Shown here: positions 20,177-34,910 of the stretch, piece after piece
Numbering within the stretch: the first letter of the stretch is position 1
Layout of the letters: each line of letters begins with the position of its first letter
Origin: the human T2T-CHM13v2.0 reference genome, Homo sapiens
Assembly (NCBI RefSeq): GCF_009914755.1
Contig: NC_060925.1
Strand: one strand, 5' to 3'
Length of the DNA stretch: 64,000 nucleotides
Made by a program: the position numbers and the translations under genes
Notes under the pieces: generated by a model
Told to the model about the DNA's origin: nothing
The model's database searches: none
The model's input: only the letters and a program-made list of their open reading frames with translations

Positions 20177-21308
20177 GTAAACTTTAAATCCACGGTCCCA
20201 TTTACATACATACAATTTCTTTCTCACTCATACTTATTCTTAGAAGTGTTGTGTGTTTTTAGAAACCTTTTAGTTGATGTCCTCACAGAAATTTGAAGAG
20301 ATCCCTAATGTCATCAATAAAATAACCAAACTTTCTTGATATACAATTTTGCTTTTTTACTTAAGACTATTCTAAATTAAATATTTTTTTAATTTGATAT
20401 TATTAGTGAAAAACAAAGGCTAGCAGTAGCAGACTGGTTGTTTTCGTTAGCAGCTGATTACCATGAAATCTCTCTGGTTTAGACCAATTTGCAAGAGCAA
20501 ATATCAACTGTTCTTAAGGAAGTGTTTAATTTACTTTCAGATACATACGCTAGCCACAGCTAGATTGAGAGAACATTGGCCAGTATTGATCTTTAGGAGG
20601 CTTGGTTTTATAAAATGTGAGAATAGTTTGTCACGAGCATATCAGCTGTTCATAAAAGTAGGTTAGAAGTGCTTATATTTTAATACTCCCAAAGTTTGCC
20701 TTTTGGTCATCCTGTTCCTATTTTATTTTACTTTTAAAACTCTCTCCAAAGAAGTACAGAAAGTAGCCATCTCCATGGAAATTTTAAGAAGCATTAAAAT
20801 TAATGAGCCATATTTGCATTTGGGAAATGTACATCTAAGATAAATGTTGTAGTAGGATTAGAAACCTAGAAAATTATATTTCCATTCTATTTCATTTTGA
20901 TTTTTCTCAAGGGTTATAATGGTTAGGATAGATATACTCCTTGAGACTTTCACATCAACTGGTTGAATATTGTAAATTACAGACAGATAGCTCTTTATCT
21001 CCAGTTAAAATTTCTCAAATTCATTAAAATATTTTATTCAGAGGTAAATTGTGCCTAAGGAGGCTTTTATTTATTATGACTTCTCTTATTTTTATAGTTT
21101 TCATGTACATCAAAGGTTTTTTCACATTCTATCAGCAATATTTATTATAAAATAACATTTGTTATTTAGTTACTTAACAATATATGGTTGTTCATTTTGT
21201 TGTACAGAAAGAATAACCTAAGTCTAGCACTACATTGATCATTAAATGGATACTTAGCTGTTACTCTTGATTGTGAGGTGTGTGTGCCAACATGATTTCT
21301 GCCTTTAG

Positions 21309-21374
21309 GTTGGCATGGACAAAGCCCTCAACCAGCTTTCTGTGCCTTTGGGACAATTACGAGAAGAGGTTCTG
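21309..21374 (+). CDS. COG2: COG2 exon 3 (VGMDKALNQLSVPLGQLREEVL)
   Basis: ctttag|GTT ... CTG|gtaagt; 66 nt. Confidence 0.95.
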
Positions 21375-23691
21375 GTAAGTTTCCCGAATAACATCAAACA
21401 GTTTACCCTAAAGCATGATATGCTTGTTTGCCCTTCCAAAAAAAAATTCCTTTAATCTGTTAGGTTGTTGATTTTTGTTTTTTGAATGTTTAGTAATTAT
21501 AATACTCATCCTCAGAAAAGTTGTAAATCCTTCTCTATTTTTTGCGTGTGATACTATAACCAAAAAAATGTTATGTTTGATTTGAATATGACAGATTCTT
21601 AGAGTAGACAGCTTTAAAATGTTGGGGGAGGAGAAGAAGGCTATTTGAAAACTCAACTTGTTACTGTCAGCTCACTCATATGTAGGTAGTCACTAATTTA
21701 AGAATAGCTTCTATTTTAAAAATTTGTAGTTTTACAAATATTTTCCCAAATAATATTTTATATATTGTTAGGTTTCTAGACTAGTCCACAGAAGCTCTGT
21801 AAACCCTAATGTAACCAAAGGATAATATACAATTAATGTAATAACTAATTGTATTTATTTTAATGTTTCTATAAGATAATGTCTGCTGTGAGTTGGGACT
21901 CCCCATGTCTAAGCCATTGGAGACAGGGACTCCATCCGGATGAACAGTAGAGAAGGGAGTTTTGGCATCATTTTCAACAGAAAAGTGTGCTACCCTGTCC
22001 TGTCCCTGCTGGTCCACCCCACAGTCTGTGTCAGGCACCCCGACTTCCATGCTGTCTTAGGATTGATGAACTGTCATAAACTTCGTTGATTGCACCATTA
22101 TTACCTGTGTATGTCACCATTAGATCATGCGCAGCTTGAGTAGCCTTATGCACTTAGCCCCTAAGACAGTCCCTGGCACATAGTATGCTCACAGTAGGTG
22201 ACATAAGTAAACATTCAGTGCATGTGTAGTGCTGAAAAAAAAAATGCAAAATAATAGAAATGTCAGTGTTTAGAAGTCCATAAGAATGGCAGGCAAGAAA
22301 TAATTCTTAAAAGAGAGGTCTCAAGTTGTGCCTTGAACTAGCAAATATTTTCAAATGTTTATGTCTTGTTTGATTTTTTAAAAAAGCTTTTAAAGTACTT
22401 CTTCTTGGCATGGAAGGAAAATAGTTTTTGTGATCCACTGTTGGATTCCACACTCTGGGTGGCTTTTACATGGCTCTTGGGTGGCTCTCCTGCCTTCTTT
22501 TCAGTGTACCTCTTCCTACCCCCACCCTTGGAGATAGGGTGTTTTCCGAGCCTCAGCCCTCAGTCCTCAGCCCTCTCCTCTCCCTCCTCTCCTCTCCTCT
22601 TCTCTCCTCTCCAAATTCTCTCCCATGGAGGTGGATTCACTCTCCCGAATTCTGCTCTGTCATTGTTAACTGCTGTCTCACCTGCAGGCTCTAGTCTTTT
22701 CCTTGCCACCTGCCAGCACCATATGCTCTCCCTCCTTCCACAGCTGTCTCTATAGCCACCTTTTTCCTGATTGGTTTAGCCGTAGACCTGTTCTTCCTTT
22801 TTGGCTTCCAACTCATGAAGCTACTCTGTGAGATTCTGCAGTCGTTGAGAAATGAGACTATTTCTATCTTGTTCACCATTGCATCCTCATTGGCTTGCAC
22901 AATAGCTGGCATTTAATAGGTATTTTGTAACATTTGTGGGATGAATGAATTCATTTTTCTATAGAATTTTTGTGATTTCTCCAGTTTATTCTAGTTTTTC
23001 CATTACTTTCATTTTGGCCCTAATTTCTGATTAATTCATTAGCTTCTGGACATGTTTCTCCACTTATGACCTCTCCTTTTCCTTGCATCCTGTTCTTGAC
23101 TTCTTGATTCTGAATTTTCCCAAAACAACTTTTTCATGATATATTAGTACTTAAAATGTGTAGAATCTGGTCTAAAGTCTTATCTGGTCATAGCCCTCTT
23201 GAATTAACCCTTCCTGTTTTATTTCTACTTTTGTCCAAATTGATGCCTGCAGTACCCCCGGATGTATTCCTCACTGGTCCTGAAATATGTCATTACTGTT
23301 CTATCTTCCTGCCTTGTCTTCTGATAATCTTTTCTCTACGCTTGTCAGCATCCACAAATTTTTAGAATCTACCTCAAGTCTCATCTCCCCCACCAGACAC
23401 CCTTATACTTTGACTCAGGTTATCCTTTCTTTACCCTGACCACCTGTGATGCTCATTGTATATATATTAATTTTCTTTTGGCAGCCAATCTTGCATGACC
23501 TTGGCTTTATATGTCATTTTCCCCTAAATCTTGAGACACAAACAGCAATTGTGTCTAATATTTTGTAATTTGTCAATATCTGTGTAATACTGGCCTGTAG
23601 GTGTTAAGTCCTGTGGAATTGAATTAAATGTGTAAATTTCATAATGTTACAAAACAATCTCTGCAGTACTTTTTTTTTTTGTCTTTTAAAG

Positions 23692-23772
23692 AGCCTTAGA
23701 TCGTCTGTCAGTGAAGGAATTCGGGCAGTTGATGAACGAATGTCTAAACAAGAGGACATTAGGAAAAAAAAG
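23692..23772 (+). CDS. COG2: COG2 exon 4 (SLRSSVSEGIRAVDERMSKQEDIRKKK)
   Basis: T-tract taaag|AGC ... AAG|gtatac; 81 nt. Confidence 0.94.
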
Positions 23773-24455
23773 GTATACTCAAATATTACAATATTAAATC
23801 GTTGATTCACTGTAGCACCTTGTAGTAACAAGCACTTTCAGGCATATGGTCTGATTTACTCTTCTTGATACCTTTGCAGAGAGGAGTGTGATGTGTCTCT
23901 TTTATATTAAAGTGTTTATATTAAATAAATAAATAAATGTATTTATTAGATGTATTTATGTATTTATTTTTCTTTTGATAACTTTAGTACCCAAGCACAC
24001 TTATTAAAATCTCAAGGGAGAGAAGCCTGTTTTAGAGATCTTCTGTTTAATTCTCCTTTAGATCCCTTCTCAGCTTTTGTCCAAAGATTCAAGAATGTAG
24101 TGCACTGCTAGAAAAGATTGTCCACTTCATGAGAAGGGGATTTTTGCCTGTTTTATCCACTTATATCCCCAATGTGTAGAAGAATGTCTTGGTTCATGGT
24201 AGATGCTTTGTAACTATTTATTTAATGAATGACTTAATTTTTGTTATTTTAACAATGAGTTTTTATAATGTTCCTTGATAATATCTGCCTTGTGTAATAA
24301 ATGTCTTTAATGAATTGGCACTTAACGTTTATTGGTATATCATGCACATGTAAATGAAGAGGACAAATATGATCAGAAACTAAGAACATAAAAAAAGGAC
24401 CTTACGAACATAAATGTAGTACCAAAATAAAGGTTTATATAAGATAGGGGAAAGA

Positions 24456-24918
<463 letters not shown>

Positions 24919-25034
24919 CTATAGGTAATTTTACGTTGACTTTTGACTTTGTATTTTCCTGTACTTAGGATGATGAAATAAGAAAATTAAGATTAAACAT
25001 GACAATAACTTTTTTCCTTAATTTTTATTTATAG

Positions 25035-25138
25035 ATGTGTGTATTGAGGCTTATACAAGTTATTCGGTCAGTTGAGAAAATTGAAAAAATCTTAAACTCT
25101 CAAAGTTCTAAAGAAACCTCTGCACTAGAAGCAAGCAG
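25035..25138 (+). CDS. COG2: COG2 exon 5 (MCVLRLIQVIRSVEKIEKILNSQSSKETSALEAS)
   Basis: tttatag|ATG ... AG|gtaagt; 104 nt. Confidence 0.95.
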
Positions 25139-26199
25139 GTAAGTATTTTTTATTAAATAACTCGTAAATTAATACTTCACATCCAGAGTAAAAACTTTTT
25201 TAGTTAGAACTCATTTCTGATAAAGAAGAAAATCCCAGTCTATGGCTTAGTGTTTTTAAATGTAGCTCAAGCAAAGCAGAGTGCATGAAATGGTAAAGCT
25301 TATACATATTATTATATAGCCTTGATGGTCGTAGGCCACTGTTCCAACACAGCACCTTTCAGGGAGTCAGAGAACGTGTACTTTCTGTGGAAGGTTTTTA
25401 TTTTTGAAATTGCCTTACCCATGGACTAGTGAAATCCCTACTGACCTTCAAGGTGTGGAATAGCAGTCATCTTATTTAGACAGGCCCAGAGTATTCCAGT
25501 TGATGTATCTTGAGGTTCAAAATGCACGAGTGTTATTAAGAAATAGTACAGGACATATTTCACTGAAATTTATAAACAGCAAAGAAAAAGCTTGCAAAAT
25601 AAGCAAAAGATGACTGTTTCCTTTGTTATACTGTAGTGTCTTATTACCTTCCCACACTGAATTTAAAATCAGTCAGGTAGTTGAGTGACTCAGAAAATGA
25701 ATTGAATGGATCATTATGAACATTAATGGGAAACTCCATGGTGCAGTGGAAAGAGCATGGGCTTATGTTGCATGTACCAGCTGGGTAGCCTGAGTCAGGT
25801 TACTTCACTCTGTGTCTTGGTGTTGTCATCTCTCATATAAGGCTAATAGGAACTCCACTTGCAGGATTGGTAGCCATAGACTAGACCCTCATACATGTCT
25901 AGTTTGAGCCTAACACAAGCATCTCTGAAAGTCACATTGATAGCCATCATACTTTTCCTTGACTAATATGGGATAAGCTACAGGAAAACCAACCAGGACC
26001 AAATGGAATATACCTGCAGTTCAAAGTCCTGATCGTATTATCAAGACAAGTTGGATTTCTTAATTTTAGGAATCAGAATTTTAGATTTGGAGAGACTGTA
26101 GAGACAGTATGCTGTGTTTCTCTCATTTTATAGATGAGGAGATGAGGCATCCGAAAAGGAAATTATTCTCATGTCCTAGGTCTCTACTTTCTTTCCTGA

Positions 26200-27730
26200 T
26201 CGAGATGTATAAATAAGTGGTCAATCGCTGCCATCTTTTTTCTTCAGCCTGTAGTACTTCTGCTTCTGTCCGTTCTGTTCCCCTTCATCTGCGCTCATCA
26301 GAGTCCCCATCAGTGTCAGTTCTGAGAGCCCAGCGGAGCCCTGTTCCACTAACTGCTCTGCTTCTGTCTTCCACTCAACAGCATTGACAGCCCCTCCCAA
26401 CTATGTCCTCACTTGGCATCTGTGATACCTGCCTCCTCATTTTCTTTTCCTCCTTCCCCATTCCTACTCTGTTCCTTTGATGGACTCCACTGCCCTTTTT
26501 CATGCCAGCTTTCTCCAGGGCACTGTTCTTGGGACTGTGCTCTTGATCAGCACTTTCTGGGTAACCTCATCCAACCCCATGGTTTTAATGGCCTCCTGGA
26601 TGCTGATCTCTTTATCTGCAGACGAACTTCTGTAGTCCTCAGACTCATCAGTCTGCTGACTGCGGGGAGTTTAGTGGACGTTCTCCAGGCACTTCACATT
26701 CATCATGTTGAAAACTGAGCTCTCATCTTCTTTCCCTGCCTCTCTCCACCAGCAAAAACATTTTACTCCTCCCTTTTATTCCTTGTCTTAGGAAACGGTG
26801 CCTTTATTTCCTTCACTAACGAGGCTAGACATCTTGGGGGAGTCATTTTCTCCTTTTTTAAACTTCATCTCCTTCTGGCGTTCACTAGGCAAGCCCTGGA
26901 GACTCTGCTGCTCTAGTGTCTCTGAGATTGAGAGATGTCTGCCTCCCCCTCTCAGTTCTCCCATTGCCTCGTTTCAGGCAGTGGCCTCCTGACTGACCTC
27001 TCATTTTCTCTAGGACAACTAACCCTAGCTGCCAAATGGATCTTTTAGATTTGTCTAATCACATCTTACTATGTGATTGGGAAACAATGGTTTCCTAGTG
27101 TTTTTAAGGTAAATCTTAAACTCCCAAGCTGCTCCTTGCCACTTCTGTATTCTTCACTAAAGCTATTCAGAACTACTTTTGGTTCCCTGACTGCCCTGAA
27201 CATTGCTGACTTACGCTTCCTTAATTTTACTATGTATGGCCATTTGTTGTACTAAAAGCCCTTCCTTTAACTTCCACCTCCCTTTCACCTGCCCGATTTC
27301 TCTTTATTCCATCCAAATCTAGCTCAAAACATGCTTAAAGTATAGAAAGTTTAAAAATACTGTGCTAAGTGGAAAAAAAGCAGGTTATAAAACGATATGG
27401 ATTTGTTTTGTAAAATTTATTCTTCTCTTTTGTGTGGGATACTGTTGATCCCTTCTGCTTTCTTTAAAACTGTCTCACTCAGTTCTGTGAGAGAAAGTAC
27501 AAACAAGACACTACAAGAGTTCCCTTCCATAAAGCTCAATTACAAGACCACCTCTTTTAGCAAGTCTTCCCTGACCTTTCAGATTTAGATGCTCCATCTC
27601 CATGCATTCATCGGGCCTCCGGGTCATCCCCTAGACAACTTAACGGTGAGACTGGAACTGTTGATTGGCTTGCATGCCTTCTCAGTCTATAAGGCCCCTG
27701 ACATCTTTACACCACAGTGTCTGGAACTAG
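26200..27730 (+). mobile_element. Degenerate L2 fragments
   Basis: L2-like pyrimidine-rich motifs. Boundaries approximate. Confidence 0.5.
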
Positions 27731-27781
27731 TAGGTACCTAAGAAAAGATAACCAAACGTCTCCCACTAGTGGGGAACGGGC

Positions 27782-28047
27782 TTCTGATGACCTCAGTGAT
27801 GTCTGTTTCTAGACATACTCTTATATTATTGTATTATATTATATTCAGTATGTTATATTCAGTATAATAGACACTGCAGTCTTCCTTGCTCCGAATCATC
27901 TTTGAGGAGCTTTTCTGATGACCTCAGTGATGTCTGTTTCTAGAGATACTCTTATATTATTGTATTATATTATATTCAGTATGTTATATTCAGTATAATA
28001 GACACTGCACTCTTCCTTGCTCCGAATCGTCTTTGAGGAGCTTTTCT
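27782..28047. repeat. 131-bp tandem duplication (2 copies)
   Basis: Copies at 27782-27912 and 27913-28043 differ at 3 positions. Confidence 0.95.
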
Positions 28048-29225
28048 TAAATTCAGATCTGCAAATTTGAGCTGTAGTGAAGGTAAAACCAGGGCAATAT
28101 TACTGAATAGTAGATATACCATGCTTGTTAAGCCAAGAAACATTTAGATAATTTATAAATAATTAATTCACACGAGATTATTCAGGAAACAGTTAGGGAT
28201 ATTCAAGACAGAGTTTCCCTTTTTGGTTGGTCACACTGGGCAGTTCCTGTTCCTCTAAACTAGTTTGGATGCTACAAATACAGAACTGGGTGGACCACTG
28301 ATGGTCTCAGTGCAGCATTTTATATGTCCTCATGATAGGGACATTTTTCCTCCCTAACTGGTGATGAGCCATCAGTGTACACAGGATGCCTCAGTATACA
28401 CAGCAAGTGATTATGCCTTTATACTTCTCCTCTGCTATTTTACTTCCTTTTGAGTGATATTGACATTTTATAATATGTTTGGGGGGAAAAAGTGCATTTA
28501 TTATATTTTGTGCCAGGTACGTAAAGAATGCCCTCTCACTAGGACCCACAGCATGTAGGTTGACTGCTCTTGCTGTTTGGTAAATGTAATTTTAAAGTAA
28601 GTTATTACTATTTAAATTTAAAATAAGATATTTTGAGATATTTATTGCTGCTGGAGAGTCAGTTTCATTCATTGAGGAGACAAATATATTTGGTATTTTA
28701 GAAATATCTAGAGGTATTTTAGCAAGGAGAGTGAGGCAGGCAGAGAAGTAGAAAGGATCCAGCTATAAGAAATGAGATGGAAAGAAAAAGAAAAGATAAG
28801 GAGGGAGAAGGGGAAAGGGGAGAGGGGGAAGAGGGAAATAGAAGGGAGGTTAAAGCTGAAAAAGAAGGTCATGAATGGGAGAGCTTGGAGTCGGTGGCAG
28901 AAACACATAATTGCATGTCCACAGGCCTAGCCAGCCCTGCTGCTGTCTGGTCCCTGTGGGTCAAGGCCAGGCAGCATCAGCAGCTTGTACTCAACAGATT
29001 CCCCGTGCACTTAGAACATGCTGTGCATATGGCGTCTGGGGAACATTGACTGATGGCACAAAAGACGCTTTAGCTTTCACCTTGTAACAAGGTGGCCACA
29101 TAAAACACTCTGACAAAAGTCAAAATACAGTGGGTATGAAAGTCTCTCACTGCCAGGCGTGTGATGTATTCTCGTGGAAATAGAGACCTTAGGGGTTACA
29201 CTTCTATAACTGTTTTCTCTACTAG

Positions 29226-29334
29226 CCCCCTTTTGACTGGACAAATTTTGGAGAGAATTGCCACAGAATTTAATCAGTTACAGTTTCATGCTGTTCAAAG
29301 CAAAGGCATGCCTCTTTTGGACAAAGTAAGACCG
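29226..29334 (+). CDS. COG2: COG2 exon 6 (PLLTGQILERIATEFNQLQF...DKVRP)
   Basis: ctactag|C ... CCG|gtaagt; 109 nt. Confidence 0.95.
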
Positions 29335-29905
29335 GTAAGTGTTGTTTTGGATTTCCACAGTTTGGTGTTTAGGGACTTGCTAAATAATTCTGGTTTAAAC
29401 TAGTAATATTGTTGATCTACAGGGTTTTGAAGCTAACCTTGCATTTTTTTTCAATTTTTAATTTTTTGGGCGCCAGCTTCCTAAGTGTCACACATTATAG
29501 ATTTTGTGTAAAGACTCAGTCACATTCTCCAGATGATAAGAGTAAAATTAATTCTGAATTTCATGGAATTGGACATCTTATATGATGTAGACAATTAATT
29601 TATCCAAAGCCCTTAATTGGATTTTAAATCCATGATGTTTCCTCAAGATTGACTTCGTAGCTTAAGAGGAAGGTAACTTTTTTCTCATTCTGTAATTCTG
29701 TCTAAATTCTTCTTTGATGAAGCAGAGATTTACTTATAAAGTGATTGGAGTGAGGGGTTCATTGTTATTCTCCAGGAAAAGTTATTATTTTGATTTTATA
29801 TATGTCATTATCTGTTGGTGTAAGAGGCTTGTTATATATCTACTTGCAGTTTCAGAAACTGTTACAACTAGAGCTTTTTTTTTATTTACCCACCTTTTCT
29901 TGCAG

Positions 29906-30085
29906 CGTATAGCTGGCATTACAGCCATGTTACAGCAGTCACTGGAAGGTCTCCTATTAGAAGGCCTTCAGACGTCTGACGTCGATATAATACGGCACTG
30001 CTTGCGGACTTACGCCACGATTGACAAGACACGGGACGCGGAGGCCTTAGTTGGCCAAGTACTAGTGAAACCATACATAGACGAG
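29906..30085 (+). CDS. COG2: COG2 exon 7 (RIAGITAMLQQSLEG...VKPYIDE)
   Basis: cttgcag|CGT ... GAG|gtctgt; 180 nt. Confidence 0.95.
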
Positions 30086-31068
30086 GTCTGTGTACCTCCT
30101 TCAACAAACATTCATGAGCTTCTGTTCTGTCTTTGACTCTTTACTGGGTGTGAGGAAGATAAGAAGAGAGAACAGAGATCTTTCTGGAAAGATTCTCAGT
30201 TCCTACAGTACCAGCTATAAGGAAGGATTGGTCTCCATGGGTTATAGTTGGGAAGTAATGTTACGATGCCAGGAATTGGGCGTGCCGTCTCAGGTGTCCT
30301 AGGAATGCTGCGGCTCAGGCTTCAAGGGCGAGATTCAAGGGCATCCACGTGCTTTTAGGTCAATTTTATGGGAGGCGATGGTTCCTCAGTAATTGTTAAA
30401 AGAATGTTTTCAAATCACTGGTCTTGTGGGTGGACTAAGGCAATTAAGCAGTGACAACACTGCAGTGTACGAGGAAGGTGCAGGGAGTGCTGTGAGTGTG
30501 GAAAGGTGTGTGAGTGGGGTAGACAGTGGTACCCTCAAGTCTTCAGGGAATAAATGACATTTGGCCCAAGTCTTGAAAAATACAGAGGAATTTGCTGGAC
30601 GAGGAAGGTGAGAGGAGGAATATTCAAAGATCAAGGGCTTTTATAGCAAATTAGCCAAGTAATACCTTAAATCTAGAACTTGGCTATGCAGTATCCTTCA
30701 CCTAGTAGGATATAGTTAAAATGTAGGAAACAAGTATATCCCACTTCTGAGCAGCCAGAGTATAGATTGTGCCATATAAAGTTGCTGATATTCAACAGTT
30801 TCTGACATACAAAAACAGCAGCTTTGTCTGCTTCAAACTGAGAGAAGTCACTGAGCCCGTCCTCGGTGTTTGGGGACTTTCCTCCAGTGTCCTGTCAGTA
30901 TGAATGTTCTGACTGTTAGTAAATACAAAGATTATACTCACATGATTTCAGGGTGAAAGTCTTTTATTTTTTAAAGTGGAAAGTTGAGACTCCCAATGAT
31001 AAAAATGAAATGTAGGGACTCATTTTAATAATTATTTTGGCCTTGTTAAGATTACTAAAAATAAATGA

Positions 31069-31462
<394 letters not shown>

Positions 31463-32065
31463 GATGAAAATATTTTAGTCACTAATCTATTCCTTTTTCA
31501 CGGAACTGAATCTAGTGTGCTAAATTAAAGAACTATTTGAACTTTCAGTGGCATATTAAATTCAGTAGCCACATTGTGTTTTATTTAAACTCAGCTTATC
31601 TTGTCATATCATTCTTGTCTCCCAATTTTATCACAAAAAATAAAATAATGAACTAATATATTTTCTTCTGTCTTTCTCTGCCTCAAACCCTTCCCTAATC
31701 TGAATGATGGTAGAAAAAAAGGCCAGGATGAAGACAGTGAGGAGTTGTGGTGGCGAATCATGTGCTCTGCTTTAAATCTTTTTTTAAAAGTTGTTATTTT
31801 ATTTTCAGACTCCCAGGGAAGCAGATGAGAGTGCATGGTTTGTCAGCCCATGTCTCCCCCACAGTTGTATCTGTACAGCCTAATCCAAGGAAGTAGTTTT
31901 GAATGTGACCTGTTATTTACTTCACTGTTTAGAAAATGTGTCACAGGGAGGAGGGTGAGTGTGAGGAAGCAGATTTGTAAAGTTTTCTTTATTGTTTTCT
32001 CTGAAATAGATCGTTTGTACTTCCCTTTTAAATGCTTTTTTAAAAAATGATTTTTCTTTTAATAG

Positions 32066-32190
32066 GTGATTATAGAGCAGTTTGTTGAATCTCATCCCAA
32101 TGGCCTTCAGGTCATGTATAATAAACTCCTGGAGTTTGTTCCTCACCATTGCCGCCTTCTTCGAGAAGTCACAGGAGGTGCCATCTCCAG
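32066..32190 (+). CDS. COG2: COG2 exon 8 (VIIEQFVESHPNG...VTGGAIS)
   Basis: taatag|GTG ... AG|gtaatt; 125 nt. Confidence 0.95.
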
Positions 32191-33098
32191 GTAATTTAAA
32201 CAACCCTGTGTGGACCCCCACCTCCCTTTCAGTGACCGCACCTGCTAATTGCAGGTGCACGATGGACGATGACTGTCTTGTATGAACTGTCTTGTATGAA
32301 TCCATTATGAATCTTGTTATTTCATTGTTTCTACTGGTGATACTGTGAGGCAGATTCCATTAGCCTCATTTCAAAGTTGTGGAAACTGAGATGAAGCTGA
32401 GACTGAAGACCACATTTCCGAATCCAAAGCCTAGCCTTTCTTCTTCTCTGCACTTTTTCCTAAATTTAGTTTGAAGTCAGAATTGCTTTCCTTCCATGAT
32501 TCTAATATGTCATAATCTGTCTATAAATATTAATTCAGTTTATTTCAACAGGTTTTATACTAATTGTGAACTCATCTTCAATTTTTCCTCCTTTTGTTCA
32601 GTTTCCATGACTTCCTGATTCTCTTTCATAAATATCCCATTACTTTTCACCATTGCCATTGTCCCAGTCCAGGCCTTGTCATCTGCTGTCCACAATAATA
32701 GAATCTTCCCACCCTGTCTCCCTGCTTCCAGTCTCTCCCTCTCTAGTCTAGGCTTCTGACTGTCACATTTACCCAGAAATCTGAGATTCATAGATTTCTT
32801 CATGAATCTTTAGTGGCTTCTCAGTGCGCATGGAGGAAGATCCAGGCTTCTCGAAGCAGGGCATGAGGCCCTTTTTGTTCTTGCCTGGTAGCTCTCCACT
32901 GTAGAAACTTTCCCTCCATAGCCCTGGATGCTCCAGCCACACAGTGCTAGCTGCCTTTCCCCAGCTCCCTTGTACTCACGTGCTTCTGCGTTTTTCCTCT
33001 GCCTGCCCTCCCCTTCCTGTGCCCTTTGTTTTCCTGTCAAACTGCCTCTCCACATGAAGCTCCAGCTCAGATACCACCTCCTTCAAGAGACCATCCTT

Positions 33099-33226
33099 GA
33101 CCGGGCGTAGTGGCTCACACCTGTGATCCCAGCACTTTGGGAGGCCAAGGCAGGTGAATCGCTTGAGGCCAGGAGTTCAAGACCAGCCTGGGCAACATGA
33201 CAAAACCCCATCTTAAAAAAAAAAAA
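33099..33226 (+). mobile_element. FLAM (free left Alu monomer) with A tail
   Basis: Single left arm plus A12; flanking AGACCAT duplicated. Confidence 0.85.
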
Positions 33227-34699
33227 GACCATTTTTTCTCCTAATGTTCAGCATTCATCATGTCCTCTGGATTGCAGGATGTGTTGCTCTTGGGTCTGCT
33301 GAGTACTGATTTCCATGTTGCATTATGATCACCTCTCCGCTGCTCACACCTTCCCCTGCCTCTTGACACAGTGTCTTAGAGCTAGCAGCTGCCCAGTTAG
33401 TGCTTGCAAAATGAAAGAATTAACTATGTTTAATGATCGAAAGGCAAATAAGGTCTCTGTTTTCATGGAGCAAGCAATGTATTTGGCCTTGAGTTTTTGT
33501 TCTTTGCAGAAATATGGGGTAATTAATATGCTGCTTGGCCTTTGCAGTACCCTCTCTGTTTCCTCTGTACCACCTAAGATGAAGTCTAGTTTTGCTACTT
33601 TTGTTTAGTAATCATAAGGATTTAGTTGGATTTGGGGATAAGAACATAGTAGAAATCATGATGTAAAATGAAGCCATAGATATGAAACAATCAGCCATTA
33701 GATTTGACAGGGCCAGTCTGGGTCCAGAGATGTCAAGCTTCAAAGCTTTAGTGGATCTTTTCCACAGTTTTTAGTGTGGGGGAATTCATGTAGAAGGCTT
33801 AGAGATTTGAGGAATCTGAACTGTACCTTGCGAGATCATCATCTGCCGCTAGCCTGTCACTGTGTTGCAGGTTCTGCATATCCCTTTCCTTCCCTTGCTC
33901 GGCTCCTGGCTTCAGATTTCCAGCTTGGTGCTCCCCTTGTCACTCCTTTCTTTTATCATGTGCCACCCTTCATGAGCTTTATAACTGGCAACACCAACAA
34001 CATTCGTGATTTCTCCTCCAGAGAATACAGATGAGCTTTTCTAATCCATCAACTGTTAATCTTGCAGGTTTTACATTCTCTCTTTGGGGATTTGATTAGA
34101 CATTAACTTTGGGAATGAGGAAATGTTGTCATTTAATAGTGATTACATTATGTATATCTGTAGTTTGGAGTCCTCAATTTTGTGCTTTCTTTCTCTAGAT
34201 ACCTTAACAGAGCCTGCTCTTCCTATTATTTGGAAGGGTATAATATGATGTGTGGAATTGGATATATGGGAGGCAGTCATCTTCTTTCCCCTTCCTGGCC
34301 CTCCTCCACCCCCACCAGTAATTTCCTAACAATACTTAGGTGAAACTATAATAACATTATTTGCTAGCTCTTCCTGGACAGTGAAGCAAAGCTTCCTTGA
34401 TAACTTATCTGTCTTGATAATTTTTGTTAAGCAGGAAAATTATGAAAACTTTAAAAAAATTTATTTTAATACTTACCAGAATGTTAAGTCCCGTTTTGAC
34501 ATGGCAACTTAGCTACAAAACTCCCAGTTTTGCTAAAATAGAACATTTATTAAATTGTTTGCCATTTTAAAAAATTACCTTGAAATAGAGCAGAATACCC
34601 AATATGAAACAAAGTGGGCAGATTAGTGAAATGGTGTTTGCCTAGAATGGATGTTTATGGGTCTTTGAGTTTGTGAGCGACTTAAGGAATCTCCGTTAT

Positions 34700-34910
34700 T
34701 TAACCGTTACTAACATAGGGCTTTTACTATATGTTAGGCACTATCCTAAGTACTTTACAAATATTAATTCTTATAATGACTTTGTGAAGTTGGTACTATG
34801 ATCATCACCATTTTAAAGATGAAGAAACCAAGCACAGAGAAGTTAAATGATTTGCCCGCCCTCCAATATCTGAATCAGGCACACCAGCTCCAAAGCGCAT
34901 GCTTTCTGTC
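34700..34910 (-). mobile_element. MIR
   Basis: CCATTTTAAAGATGAAGAAACCAAGCACAGAGAAGTTAAATGATTTGCCC core. Confidence 0.7.

Noticed and set aside
27785-27918. Box C/D snoRNA (TGATGA ... CTGA)
   Set aside because: The apparent D box is just the start of the second duplicated copy. No terminal stem or recognisable guide.
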